DNA from: Adineta vaga
Taxonomy: Eukaryota > Animalia > Rotifera
DNA: 64,000 nucleotides
Assembly (NCBI GenBank): GCA_021613535.1
Contig: CP075493.1
Span: 13,206,001 to 13,270,000 of the forward strand
Direction of reading: 5' to 3'
The translations under genes were made by a program, and so were the position numbers. Positions 24,017 through 37,990 of this stretch are shown piece by piece (the stretch's first letter is position 1; each line of letters starts with the position of its first letter). The notes under the pieces are model-generated. The model had not been told where the DNA came from. It ran no database searches and worked only from the letters and a program-made list of their open reading frames with translations.

Positions 24017-26541
24017 TCAAAGGATTTGACAGGATTTCGAACGGGAAGTTTCCATTGTCGCCGTGGTAGGTTTCGTTGGTTTCAGTTTTTCAAATCCTTC
24101 CTTTTCGATCAAACTACGAAAACGAGCCATTTCAATCAGTGACAACGGTTCATTTGTACGTCGAAGTGAATCTTGTTGAAGCGATGTCAACATTTTATTG
24201 GAATCATCATTGATCATGTAATCAGTTAAATAGATCAAACTTTGTCCGTCTGTATCAGATAAAATCTTTGCCATTTGAGGCAAATTATTGTTTTTTAACC
24301 ATTGTTGGACATGTGAACATGTCCAATCGCGTACGTTTTCCGGTAAAACTATAGATTCGGCTGATGATGGTGTTAGGACGGAAGACGATTTAACTAGATG
24401 ATCAATAGAACTGTCGATTGACTTATTGTCCACTATAACAGGTGGACTTCGTTGTGGAACAGTCAATTCTAATTGTTTCAATAACATTTTTATGGCTTGT
24501 TGAAATTCATGTTTCGTAAAATCAATATACAGTATCTGTCCAAGTAGAAATGCAAGCCAACCATCGGGTTTATAATATTGTTGTACAAGAATCGGTACGA
24601 TTTTACGTTGACATTTGAAAGCATATTGTGCTTCAGCTCGACAATAGCTACTTCGTTGATATTGATTACTCATACAGATAATGACGGTGTGTGCTTGTTC
24701 AATTGCTTGGGCCATTGCATCCATTACATTACCACGCATTTGATCAAAATCAATCCATACACGGTAACCCGCACGAATAAGTTCCTCGTACAACTGTTTA
24801 CTGATATCTTTTTCTTTATGTGAATAACTGATCATGAGATCAAATTTCATTTTAGCATTTTTTAGTTGATTATCGTTGATATTATCGTAATTGGAATTTA
24901 AAATCCAAAGAATTCCATTGACAGATTTAGCGATGCTAGCATTCTTTACAATTTCGCCTTCCAATTTAGTTAATTTGACCATAAATGGTTGATTCGATCG
25001 AAGTTGTTCTTGAATAGATGGATGAAATGTCAGAGACCAGATGATTTCATAAACGATCGGATATTCATCACATAATTCGATTAGCATTGGTAGTTTCTGC
25101 AATTCAACTGTAGCTTTTTGAATTGTATCATTTGTTGATAAACTTAAGAAACCTAACATATAGTAAGAAATAATTAATGCTATTACCCACCCATATAAAG
25201 TATTTCTGATTCTCAGTGCTTATAGATATTAAAAGATCGATGAGTATCATTTAGTTTCATCAGTCGGATAGTGTAAAAGTACATTTACATTCACTGACTC
25301 TATTTTTGCACATAGAACTAACCTTTTAATAAATATAGAATTGGTATTTTTTTCCATTTCTTTTTCGGATGTTTCCATGCGTTTTCTAAAACATCAAAGG
25401 AAAATTTGCACATATCATCGGCTATTTTTAATTCTTTTATTTGTGTATCGGTCAGAATAACTGCTAGAAATCCATAGATACCCACACGCATTCGATCATA
25501 GACAACTGTTTGAGCTATACTAAGAATAGCCGTTGAAAAGTTAGTTTTTGATCGAATGAAACAAGTTAAATCTTGTGTTTCAACTGCTGCCATCAAAAGA
25601 ATAAGACTCGTATCGATAAGAACATTTTCATCATGATGCCATTGACTCGTAATATATCGTTGTAAAGATTGATGACTAACAATACGAATAAATGCTAATA
25701 GATGCGTATACGTTGTGTCCGTCGATGGAATAATTATTTCGATATTTTCCGATCGTTGTCCACCCCACCAACAAACTGAACATATAAAACCGGTTAAACG
25801 TGCAATACAAGAAAGTAATTCGTAACTCCATGAATCAATATTTTCACTGCGTACACGAATCATCTCGGAATAATCTCGACCAAGAAATTGTACAATTTCC
25901 TGAGATGTAAATGGAAAATCTTGATTTTTTGACCAAAAGTACGCATTCAGTGATAAAGAACATGTTTTCAAATAGAACATTAGTTTCCTCGTCAGTATAG
26001 ATTGTGATACCAGTGGTTTACTTAATTCTTGCAAATAAGATTTATACTGTTCGGTCATGATAAAATTACGACTAAGCCGTTGATTGAGATTTACAATTAG
26101 AGGTAAATAGACAATATCTGATTGTTCAATAACTAAATACGAGAGAACATCAAACCAAAGACTAATGACTTTGAAATATTGCTCATTATTTGCTTCAATT
26201 TGATCGAGTATTCGATCGATCCATTGACTGTCTAATGGAATGATAAGTCTTGTTTTAGTATCAGCTGAAATTATCTCTCGTATAGAAATAACTTTTATAT
26301 TAAATGTATAGAGTGCATGAAACAGTTTCATGTAGCTCGGTTCATGAATCCAGTGCTGAAAATCTTCACTTAACACTTGCCATGACCAATGTTCCAGTCG
26401 AACTAAAGATTCCATATAGGTGGAAATAAATGAAACTATAGTGTCGAAGGTTTGTTCATCGAGTATCGATGCAATTGTCGTCAATTTGTCGGATGATGGT
26501 ATAGCAACAGCATCGACAATTTGATCAAAAGTTTCATGCAT
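24017..26541 (-). CDS. Helical (ARM-like) - TIR - SAM-like protein with C-terminal CaaX (CQIL); intron 25153..25322
   Basis: A phase-1 GT-AG intron joins the two ORFs. TIR_2 motifs FDLMISYSH, VWID, MAQAIE, YCRAE; SAM-like WTCSHVQQWL...DGQSL; ends SKSCQIL*. Confidence 0.85.
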
Positions 26542-27263
26542 GTCTTCTTTATTAGATAGTTCAGTAGCATGGAGAGAAAGAAAATAATGTATTGATCAAC
26601 GAATGTAACTAGGATAAATACCGGTTGTGAAAAGAGATGAAAAATGAGTGAAACATAACTTACTTTAAATGACGTTTTTCATTCTATTTAAATTGATTGA
26701 AAATATAATAAAAACATGTTTGTATGAATTTACGTAGCTAAGAACATTTCGTTATTCTTTCAACGCATAAGAAGAAACGAATAGTCACCATGTTGAGAGA
26801 ATGTGCGTAAGAGTATGGTAATACATTAATCTCACATTTTCACCCTTGAGCAAAAGAAAAAGTAGAGGAATGTTTATTTATATCTGTGCGCGTAAGTATT
26901 TTACTAAAACATAATGTTCACATTCTGTAACTTGATTTATATAGGTCCACAACTATAATCAAAGGCCCTAATTACAGTTCTTGAGATGAGAAAATTCGAT
27001 ACGACGAGTGCAAATCTTAGTGCCAAAAATATGAAAAAGAACGACGTAATATACACACCAGTATTGAAACGAATCGAACACTTTTTTCTTTGTTTAGTTT
27101 TTGTTAGTGAAACATTTCATGTGAATCATTCAGAAGCAGGATAGAATGAAGGCGTATTAAAGTCATACAAGTCGATGTAAAGTTTCGTATCTTTGATAAT
27201 ATCATTCTCAAGACTTTATTCAATAAACATATGTTTACTTTTCAAATATTTATTGATATATCT

Positions 27264-29238
27264 TCAAACAGAAAAAGTAATTTTTCTCATGATTAAAGTA
27301 CTATTACATTTGCTTCGACGATTTTTTCTATGCATTTTTACTCGTTTATTTTGTCGGAATTTTTCTAGTTTGAGATTTGTAGGTTGAATATTGAAACAAT
27401 ATTTCAATACATCCATGACAATAATAAACGTGACAACAATTATCATAGTTATAATTGCCACATAAGCAAATGATTTCGAGATGATTCGACGAACTTTTGT
27501 TGAAACACTTATTATTTCACAATGACGACCAGAAAAACTTTCACCAAGACATTCGCATTTATAATCAAGTACTAATGATCTACAAATACCATGATTCTCA
27601 CAAGTCACATTTCCACAATAATCTATTTTTTCTTCACAGTGATCATCGCCAACCAGGTTGACAATGACAAATGAATGTGGTATTCGATGTTTCATTGCAT
27701 ATACCTAAATAACAACAATATGGAATGCATGTTTCTTTTTTGTGTGGAATATTTCAATGACAATATACCATTATTCCAACATGTATTTGGTTGACAAAGT
27801 CGTTCATCAAATTGACATTGAGTACCAGTAAAACCGGATGGGCATAAACAAAAGTAGCCATTTACTTTAGTGTCATTATTATAGCAAGTACTATTATGTT
27901 GACATGGTTGAAGATGATCACATGCTGTATTAGAAATATTACAGTAAAGACCGATACCTCTGGACTTATCACATGTTGATGAAGATTGATATAAAGATGA
28001 TGTTGTTATCATCGATGTAACGTCGAGTGTTGAAGTTGAATACATTGCGGCGGTGGTAGTTGTAGTAGTTATTTCTAAAGAAACAAATACACCCTGATAT
28101 TCATCAAATAATGCTCCTTTTACTCTGATAGATCAAACATAATTTATTTACTTACCACATGAATTCGGTAAAAAAAGATATTTTTGGATTCGATTATTGC
28201 CTATATCACTAACAAACATATTGCCATAGGTATCAAAACTAAGAGTCATCGGCCAGTTTAATTCGTTAGCTGCTGAACCTCTTACGCCAGAACATCCAAC
28301 TAAACAACGAAAGCCATTTGGACCTGACCCAACGATTCTGTGGTGAGCTTGATCCACAATAAAAAGATATTGATCAGCATCCAGGACAACACCGGCTGGG
28401 CAAGAAAGTGAAATTGTAGTGTTTAACGAATCATTACCTGCTATAGTCACTCCATTCAGCATACCTAATTTGAAGAATTGAATTCGATTATTGCCACAGT
28501 CTGCGACATATAGAGCAAGGTTGGTGTCCACAAATATTCCCAAAGGTTGATCAAATGAGATCATAGTAGAACTAGCAGCACCTGTACCAGCGGCAGTCAT
28601 CCACATCGATGCGTTATTATTTAACCATGTTTTAACAACTCTATGATCAAATTTCATCGAACAATATAGAGTATCGTTGTTATCAACAAATACACCGTAG
28701 CATGATTTAGTAGTAGACATGATGGTACTCCACTGAACTGTATTTGAACTCCATTTTTTTATTTCACCACCGTTCTGATCATTATTACTATAAATGTCAC
28801 CGTCAAATGTAACGAAAATTGAATATGGGTATGATAAGTTGCCGGATATTATTTTTGTTACATTTGTACTATGTTCAGCCCACACCATAATTTGGCCATT
28901 CTGTTGATTAGCAACATACACGCTGTTATTTCTATTAACAAAAACAGCATGAGGCGATGAGCCAATTTTAGTATTTGTTGCAAAGGTAGTTGCGTTTGGA
29001 TTCCAACTAGCTGTTGGACAAAATGTTGGTTGATTATAAGATAGTATGACTGCTATAGAAAGAAAAAAAAAACAATTATGTTTGGAATAGAATAGGAGTT
29101 TTAAAGATGAATATTTAAAATATATTGTCACTATATCGATATTCAATTGCAATAGATAATATTAGAATATCTACCTGTCATTAGTTCATACATCAGTTGA
29201 ACAAAGAACCATATATCCAATCGGATGATTACATTCAT
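27264..29238 (-). CDS. NHL propeller + Thr/Ser stalk + EGF repeats + TM receptor-like protein; apparent frameshift near 27648
   Basis: Signal exon from 29238, NHL exon, EGF motifs (CLCPSGFTGTQC, CECLGESFSGRHC), and TM FAYVAIITMIIVVTFIIVMDVLKY. The spliced frame hits TGA at 27645..27643 while the EGF continues in another frame. Confidence 0.75.
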
Positions 29239-29669
29239 TTATTACTGAATTGTCTGCAAACTCTAAAAAATCTTGATGATCAGCGCAATATTTTTCAAAA
29301 AAATTCTCGTTGTCAGTGCAGAAAAGAAACAATCAAAGAATCTGTATATCAAATATTGTATTCTGTTTATTTAAAAATATAATCATTTTTATTTACTGAG
29401 CATTAAAGTATATTGAAAAAGGTGAACGAAGAAAACTAAGATCACTCTCTGGTAAATAGACAAACTTACGGAAAGATCGTGTACTTTTTACTCATGAACT
29501 TTTCTTCATGTCACATAGATACATTTTGCAAAGGAAATATCTTGGGGAGACTTTATTAAAATAGGTATGCAGTAAGAAAATCAAAAGAAAAAACTAAATA
29601 TTCTAAAACGAAATGAATTGAAAGCATTTGAATACTGTTGTTTTATGTTTCGGTAATCGTTCAATTAGA

Positions 29670-32561
29670 TCAGAATGAACTACCAAGTTGAGTCTTCATT
29701 GATTGCGAATATGGTGATCCAGTTTGCTGTTTTGAGAGACTTTTTCGACATGATTCTCCAGTAAACAAACTTTTCATATTGGGTAGAAGGTTAGTCACGT
29801 AGAACCGAGCTTTGGAACGATACTCCGATTTACCATAGAGAAAAACAAATGTTATGATACGTAGAAGTATTCCGATAAAAATCAACCAAAAATTAGGATT
29901 TTCATTGTTGTTAAAGTCGAACATTTTGTTAATGCCTTCTACCGATGTTCCCCAAATATGATTCTTCGACTCGAGATCTTCCACATAGAGCTTCGATTCA
30001 TGTCGAAACAATAGACTTTGTACATGTCGCGAAAACGAAAGAACAACGATGAAACCACCTTGTTTGAGTTCTTCTTTTGTTGGACTAAATCCCGAAAGAA
30101 GACATGATAGAAGAGCGATAATTGTTCCTGCTAAATATGCGTATTCCGTTCGATTAAATACCACAGATACTAATTGGCCAATACCTGTGCACACAAATGA
30201 GCAAAAAATCATGACACGCAAATAGAAAGAAAACGAGCCACGAGGAACTATTTCAATGTAGAGCATACAGAGAAATAATAGAGGATAAACTATCATTCGA
30301 AAAATATCGACAAGACTTTTGGCTAACCAATATTGAAATGGATGATAATAATTGCGACTTTCTCGTTCATAAGTTTGATCAATAATTTCGACGCCGAACA
30401 ATCGTTGACTGGATATACAAGTAAGAATACCAAATGACAGAGTAATTAGAAAATAAATGGTTGTTAATTTGCTCATATCACATGTTGCTTGAAATTTATT
30501 TTCGAATAAGAAACCAACACATGTACCAAGTAAGAAGTAAGCAAACATATAGGCAGCTTCTGCAACAATTCCTCGTAAATAGATTTGCCGTATCGATCGT
30601 CGTAAGACATAGTAGAAAGGATACCAAGCTCGTTGTTGCCAAGTGTATGTAGTAAGAATCTGAGTGGTTATTTCATCGTCAATTTGGTGATTATCGACGT
30701 GATCTGTTGCATTAGTCAACATGATGAAACAAGTGTCACAATCATTATGTCGAGCTGGAGGAATAGATTCAGGATCAGAAAAGATCTTTCGTTTTAAAAA
30801 GGTTTTAGCGTGAGGTCGTGGACCTTGATAGGCTAAACAGCACAATGGAGTTAAGAAGAAGATTTCGTCGATTTTCTCGAATAATTCATGACTTGGTTGA
30901 TGAATGACTGTAATGATTGTTACCGGTCCTGCAGCGCTAAACTTGATCAATTGCAAAAGATCGAAGAGATCATCACAAGAGACAGTATCCAAACCGGATG
31001 TCGGCTCATCCAAAAGTAATACTTTTGGACAAGCGACCACTTCTATAGCAACATTAACTCGTTTTCGTTGACCTATTCAAAAATGAGAACATATAGAAAA
31101 ATAATCCTTTCTATTCGTACCTCCTGAAAGAGTCCTTGTGAAATTATTATGCATTCGTCCTAAACCAAGTCTATCCAAAACAAAGCACACATCATTAATT
31201 AATGTTTTTTTCGATTCATTCAATCGCCGGGCACGAGCAGAATAGTATACAGTTTCGAATACAGTTAGATCGTTGTGCATAATATCAGCTTGTGGTACAT
31301 AACCAATATAGTCGGTCAAAATATTTGATAGAGGTTGATGATGAGCAAAAGTAATAGATCCATCGGGTCTCAATTGTCTTCTACCGTGAATTGTTTCGAG
31401 AAGACTACTTTTACCGCAACCAGATCCACCCATCAGTGCTGTTAATTTGCCAGCAGCTATTCGACCAGTAAATCCTTCATTCCTTTCTGGATCAAAACGG
31501 GTAACATTGCGAAGTCGAGCCTTGTCTAAATGAATATGAAGTTCAATATACTTCTGTGGTCTATCATTTGGTTGAGTTGCTTTTCGAAAATAGTTGCTTA
31601 CACCGGGAGGATCAACCAACGTATGTTCGCCAAACCATCTCTTTGTAAAAGACATCCATTCGAATACTTTTGCACAAATAGCCAAACCAATAATGATCAA
31701 AATAACAACAATCAAAACGATGGTAATAATTCGTTGTCGTCGAGCTCGACCTTGTAAACAGACAAATCCTGTTGGACAAGACAATGGTTTAGCTACGCCT
31801 GTTGGACAAAATTCTGTACCATTTTTACATTTAATACTGTTTTCTGGCGTTGGACAATAGGTCCCATTCGGACAAAATCCCTCAAAAGAGGAACCACCAC
31901 AACCGAAAGCACCATATTGTTTCGGTAGATTTTCAGGGCAATTTACTGGCGTTCGGCAAGTGCCATTCGTAGCTGATAGTTCAGTGGGACAATATCCACC
32001 TTGACGACATGGAATCATACAAATCTGTCCTTCGGGACAAAAATAGCCAGGACAACATGCATAAGTTTTACGCTCCTCTAATGAAACGAAAAAGCCTTCT
32101 TGACATTGACTTCTATCTCGACTGCATTCTTGAAAATTATAGAGCGTAAAAGTAGAGTCTGTCGGTTTCGTATAGAATGCTTGGATTGTGTCCAATGAAC
32201 ATGTGTTTTTGCCACGAAAAATAAGGTTTCCACACTTTTCTGCCGCTGAACATTCACTATTGAATCTCCAGTTGAATTGATCCGCTTTTGGTTGGCACTG
32301 TAGACATGAAAGACTACTATTCAGACGTGTTTGATTAGCTTTATAACATTGTTCTTCAATGTAGCAAAAGTTTGAATCTATAACGCATGCTGGTCCATTT
32401 ATAACGCAACTTCCACTACAATTCAAAGGAGTTGCAGGTGATGATCGTACTATTGAATTAGTTGGAACACTTTTAGCAAGATTGGACGAAAAACTTACAC
32501 CAAGTTGAACAAACAACAATATACATAACAACAATGAAGATGAAATTCTTTTTGTACACAT
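29670..32561 (-). CDS. ABCG half transporter with signal peptide, Cys-rich extracellular domain and extra TM before the NBD (plant ABCG24/28-like architecture); intron 31073..31120
   Basis: CCPGYFCPEGQICMIPCRQGGYCP, Walker A GGSGCGKS, spliced LSGGQRKRVNVAIE, LLLDEPTSGLD, IHQP, and a C-terminal ABC2 membrane domain. Confidence 0.9.
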
Positions 32562-34304
32562 CAACGTGTATTGTAGTGTTTGAGTAAACTCAAAAACTAT
32601 ATGAGTGAGTCTCTTAAAGTAGTTTATATAAAAGTAATAACCTTGCAGAAGATATCTTTGAATAAGTATGATAAGAAAAATGTGTGTATAATACATCGCA
32701 CAGTGAAACCTAAACGATAACGTCAGAATTATTCAACGTAGGTAAGAAACAAAGAAAAACTTTAACTACCATGATGCATGCAACTACTTACAAGATAACA
32801 ACGAACAATGAATAATATTTATCATTTTATAGACATTGAATTATAGTCAAACACGTCACAAACCAAGGTGTGGGTGGTGATATGAATAGATATGATTTAC
32901 ATCATCAACTCAACTTCATCTAACTTGTTTATAGACGAAGAAAGTTACGAATTGATCGTCGACTTTCATTGTTGATTTTTGTCATAAAATACTCTTTGGA
33001 GAAAAAGATAATGTCAATAATTGATTATGAGCTCGTACATAGTAGAATGAAATATATCATTGCTTCAAAATGATGTCTATAAATTGGATCGTTCTATTGA
33101 CGTTATTCTTCAAGAATTGCTTAGATAAAAGTCCTTTTAATATAGTGTTGTTTAAAATGAAAATGCAGATAAAGAAATCATCTTTACAATTTATTTTTGA
33201 TTAGGTATCTCATTCAATCGATCCCAAATTCAATTCATGTACATTATCGAATACAAATGCCACCACGTTTTCTAAAATAGAAGTACGATCGGCCAATACC
33301 CTGCTGGTATATTCATTAATCGAAAGACGAAACAATCATATTTTTATATGGTACAATTGATTTCTCATTTTAAACTAGATACATGCACGGGAATTTTTAT
33401 TGACATTGGCGCTGGTAAATGGATTTCAATGTTTATAGATTTTTATTACCGATTAAAACAATAATCGTGTTCAAAAGTTTAATTTAGCTCAAAATTCATA
33501 TGGTATGTGGGTTTATTCTATGTTCGAATATAAGAACATGTGAACATTATTTCTAGGTGCGACACGAACTACTCCATCATTTACACTATCAACAGTCATT
33601 TTGTAGCAATAGCTCAATAACATGTAAGATTTTACATATTTATTCTTTGTAAATGTTTCGCAACTCTCATTGCTAAATATTAGAATTATGAAGTTTCATG
33701 AAACAATCACTGCTATTATCTGGATGGAATAGATGGAAACTGTACCAATGGTTCTAGTCGAGCAGTGCTGACTGCTATAATTTACACAATTGAAATTTAT
33801 TTTGAAAACGAACTTTATCTTATCGATAGCATTCGAAATACGATTTTCACTTATGAATAAAAATGTTTTATTATTGGTCTCAATTTTTTTTTGGAAAATA
33901 TCAACATCAGTTCTTTCGTACTTCGCTGTCTATTTAGACAATTACTCGTGATTTATGTGTGTTCTGATGCGCACTTGATACATTTCAAATACGTTAGCTT
34001 TTCCTCGTGTTATTTCGTCATTCAAATGAGTCTTGATGCAAAGCCTTTTTTTGTGATTTTAATTCCTTCTTAACTGCAATAGACAAGTCAATACATTTTT
34101 CTCGTCTAGAATAGAACAAAAAAAAAACGATGTCTGTTTCATTCGAGAATAGGTGAGTATATGTCTGACGAAAATCAAATGATCATAAATTTTACAATCA
34201 TTCTTCATTTCATTCTTACGAGGCAATATCTTTCAAAGTTTATAGTTTCTCATTTGATACCTCAATCAATATCCATATAAAAACAATTTTTATTAATCGA
34301 ACCA

Positions 34305-37300
34305 ATGGAAAACAAAAACGATTCCGATAATGAAGATATCCTTATTATATGTCTTGATGAAAATGCGAATCATCAAACGGAAATTGCTAATGAATTAATC
34401 GATATTGTCTATAATTTTAAATTATTCGTTAATGTTGATGAATGTATCGATTATATAACATCAGTTTCTCCAACTAAATATGTCTTTCTCATTTTATTTT
34501 CTCATCAATTTATTCTTTCATATATTGATCAATTACCACAAATTCGATCTATTTACCTATTTCATACAAATCCTATCGAATACGAGAAGATTGAAAATGT
34601 CTTCTCAGATAAACAATTACTTCTGAATAAATTAAATAATGATGTGAAATTATTTTCAAACCAACTTCCACTACCTATGACATTCTTCAATAATATCGAT
34701 GATAATGTTAAAGAAAAATCTGTTAAAGATTTATCAAATGAAAGTCAATATTTTATGTATATGCATTTATTTATTGAAATTTTATTACGTCATTCACAAC
34801 GAAATGAAGCCGAACAAGAGTTCTTAGATGAAGTTCGTCGATGTTATGATAGTAATAAAAAACAATTGGAAATCATTGATCAATTTAAACAAGATTATGA
34901 GCCAAATCAAGCTATTCGGTGGTATACTCGTGATTGTTTCATATATCGTTCATTGAATCAAGCATTAAGATATCAAGATTTCGATAAAATCTACAAATTT
35001 CGATATATAATCAAAGATTTATATAAACAATTAAAACAATTATATAATGAACAATCACTGGAATTAAAGAAATTCAATATTGTTTATCGTGGTCAATTTA
35101 TGCGTAGAAATGAATTAAACATTTTCGAAGTCAATCAAGGAAAATTAGTGTCAATGAATACATTTTTATCAACTACATTAGATAAGAACACAGCATCAGG
35201 TTTTATTCCTGGTGGATGTGCAGGAGATATAGTACCTGTTTTATTTGAAATCAATATTGTTGATAGTAATTTTGAATCAACACCATATGCTTATATTGAA
35301 AATTATAGTTTTATGCAACATGAACAAGAAATTCTATTTTCAATGGATTGTATCTTTCGAATTGATTTAGTGGAACAATCGGCAATTAATGATGAAATAT
35401 ATTCAATAAAATTAACATTAACTAATCAGCACGAACAAGAAAATGTACTCAAAGCTTTGACAGATTATATGAAAAAGCAAATGTATAATAATGTGAATGA
35501 TTTCGGAGCATTAGCATTTCTAATGGCATCAACAGGTCATTACGATAAAGCTATATATTATTCTGAACTGTTGTTGAAAGATCTACCATTAGATAGTCCA
35601 ATAATTCCTACTTTATACAATAATATTGGAACACTTTATAAGTGGCAAGGCAATCGTGCAGAAGCTCTTCACTATTATGAAAAAGCACTTAATATTGCAT
35701 TAAAAATTTTGCCCGAAAATCATCCAGATACTGCTGCAACATATCATCATATTGCAGTAATTCATCAAGATGAACCCAACTATGCTGATGCTTTAGACTA
35801 TTATACACGAGCACTTGATACCCAATTAAAATCTTTACCTGAAAATCATTTAGACATTGCAGCCGTATGCAATAGTATTGGTGATATGCATCGTAGTTTG
35901 GGTAATTATGATAAAGCTTTAAAATATTTGAAGAGAACGCTTGAAATTCGCTTAGCATCTTTACCTGAGAATCATCCTGACATTGCAAAGATATATGCTG
36001 ATATTGGTTTACTTTATCAAAACCAAGGACATTTCAATGACGCTTTACAGTATCTTGAACACGCACTGCGAATTGAATCGAAATGTTTGCCGGTTGAACA
36101 TCCAAATCTTGCAAAGACATACCAACGTATCGGATCCATTCATCTTACTGGCCAAATATACCGAAGCATTGAAATGTATGAATAAATCACTTGAAATTCA
36201 ATTCAAATCTTTGTCTGAAAATCATCCGACGATTGCATCGACATATAATGATATTGCAGCAGTTTACGAGCATTCAGGTAATCATACTGAAGCCATGAAG
36301 TATTACAAGAAAACAATTAATATTAAACTTATGTCTTCTTCTGAAAATCATCCAGATTTCGCAAATTTATACAATAACATTGCATTGGTGTATAAGAATC
36401 AAGAAAAGTATACTGAAGCCTTACATTACCTCGAGAAAGCTATTAATATTGAAACCGAGTTTTTGCCACGAAATCATTCACATATCGCAACAATGTACCA
36501 AAGTATTGGCAAGGTTCATCTAGCACAGCGTAATTATTCCGAGGCTCTGAAATATTTCGAGAAAGCACTCACCATTCGATTAGAATCTTTACCTGAAAAT
36601 CATCCTGATATTGGAGGTTCATATTGCGATATCAGCTCTATCTACCTTTTAGATCATGGCAACTATGCTGAAGCCTTAAAATATCAGGAAAAAAGTTTTG
36701 AAATTCAACAAAAATGTTTACCAGAACATCATCCAAATATTATTAATGGATATCAAAATATGGGAATACTTTACAAACTGCTAGGCAATTATGATAAGGC
36801 TTTAGAATATTTTGAAAAATCGCTGAACATTCAACTGAAATCATTACCTAAAAATCATCCAGATATTAAAAGTACATACGATGATATTTTAGAAATTTGT
36901 ATGAAACAGGATAACTCCACCAAACTATGCGAATATTATAAGAAAATGGTTAATATCGAATTGGAATCGTTGGCTGATAAACATTCTTCTTTTGCTGCAG
37001 AATTTATCAATATTACAAGAAATAATCCTGATCGAGATAACTATATGGATGATGTGAAACGTTTGCAGGAAGAACTTAAAAGTAAAATAAGAATTTTACT
37101 TGAAAATCTTCCAGACAATGCAAGAATACATAATAATATTGAAGAAGCGAATCAAAATCAAGATAAATATGCTGAAGCCTTGAATTATTGTAATGAATTA
37201 CGACTTATTCAATTTTCAAATGCGCGTGAAAATATTCTGGATATTGCCAAGACTTATAACATGTATGGAGTCATTTACAAACGACAAGGCAACTACTCAG

Positions 37301-37530
37301 AAGCAATGAATTATTATACAAAAGTTCTTAAAATTCAAGCAATGTCCTTGCCTGAAAATCATTTAGATATTGCAAGAACATATTGGAATATCGGTAATCT
37401 TCATAGTTGTCAAGGAAATCAAGTTAAAGCTAGGGAAGAATGGACGAATGGTTTGAATATTGCACTAGCATCTTCCTCAATAGATGATCAATTGATTAAC
37501 GGTTTACTAAACAAACTATCATCTCTATAA
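34305..37530 (+). CDS. R-S-E-type ADP-ribosyltransferase domain + 42-aa TPR array, with a frameshift at about 36147 (pseudogene or assembly error)
   Basis: WYTRDCFIYRSLNQALR, VYRGQ, FLSTT, HEQEILF, and many LPENHP..A..Y..IG..Y...G.Y..AL repeats. The two ORFs overlap out of frame at cat ctt a ctg gcc aaa tat. Confidence 0.88.
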
Positions 37531-37765
37531 AAAAACAGCTTTGAAAAATCTTAAATACTGTTTTTTCTCAATTTCTAAATATAACACTGTTTTCTCTTCC
37601 GATCGTAGCTGAATAGATAAATGTGAATCTAGTACTTCCGGATTCTTTACAATTTTATTGCTCAAATAAAGATCTTTTTTATGATGTATGCTCTCTATCG
37701 AAAATTTTCGGCATCGATATCGCATAATTTTGTTAAGTGAAGAATTCGTTTGCATACATATTTGA

Positions 37766-37990
37766 ACTTACGGATATTTCTATAATGATTTTTTCAATCC
37801 GCTCTCTTCATCTTCAAATCTTATCGCTGAAAACGATGATGGAGCTGATAAACGACAATTTGTTATCAGTTTAAATCTTCAGTCTGATCATACATACATT
37901 CTTGTAACAACGGGACCTTTTTCAATCATAGCTGTTGCACCAGCATCTATCGAATTTAATTCGATGGCAAAAACTATTGGTACAGAGAAG
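37766..37990 (+). pseudogene. Orphan exon of a PPC-like beta-sandwich module
   Basis: TYGYFYNDFFNP...NLIAENDDG...QFVISLNLQ...YILVTT-GPFSII; no start or upstream context. Confidence 0.5.

Noticed and set aside
24017-26541. Calling the TIR gene SARM1
   Set aside because: The domain order (TIR before a single SAM) and the CaaX tail differ, so orthology cannot be supported.
33090-33830. Possible gene relics (e.g. NHCYYLDGIDGNC on the + strand)
   Set aside because: Too short and stop-ridden to assign a family.
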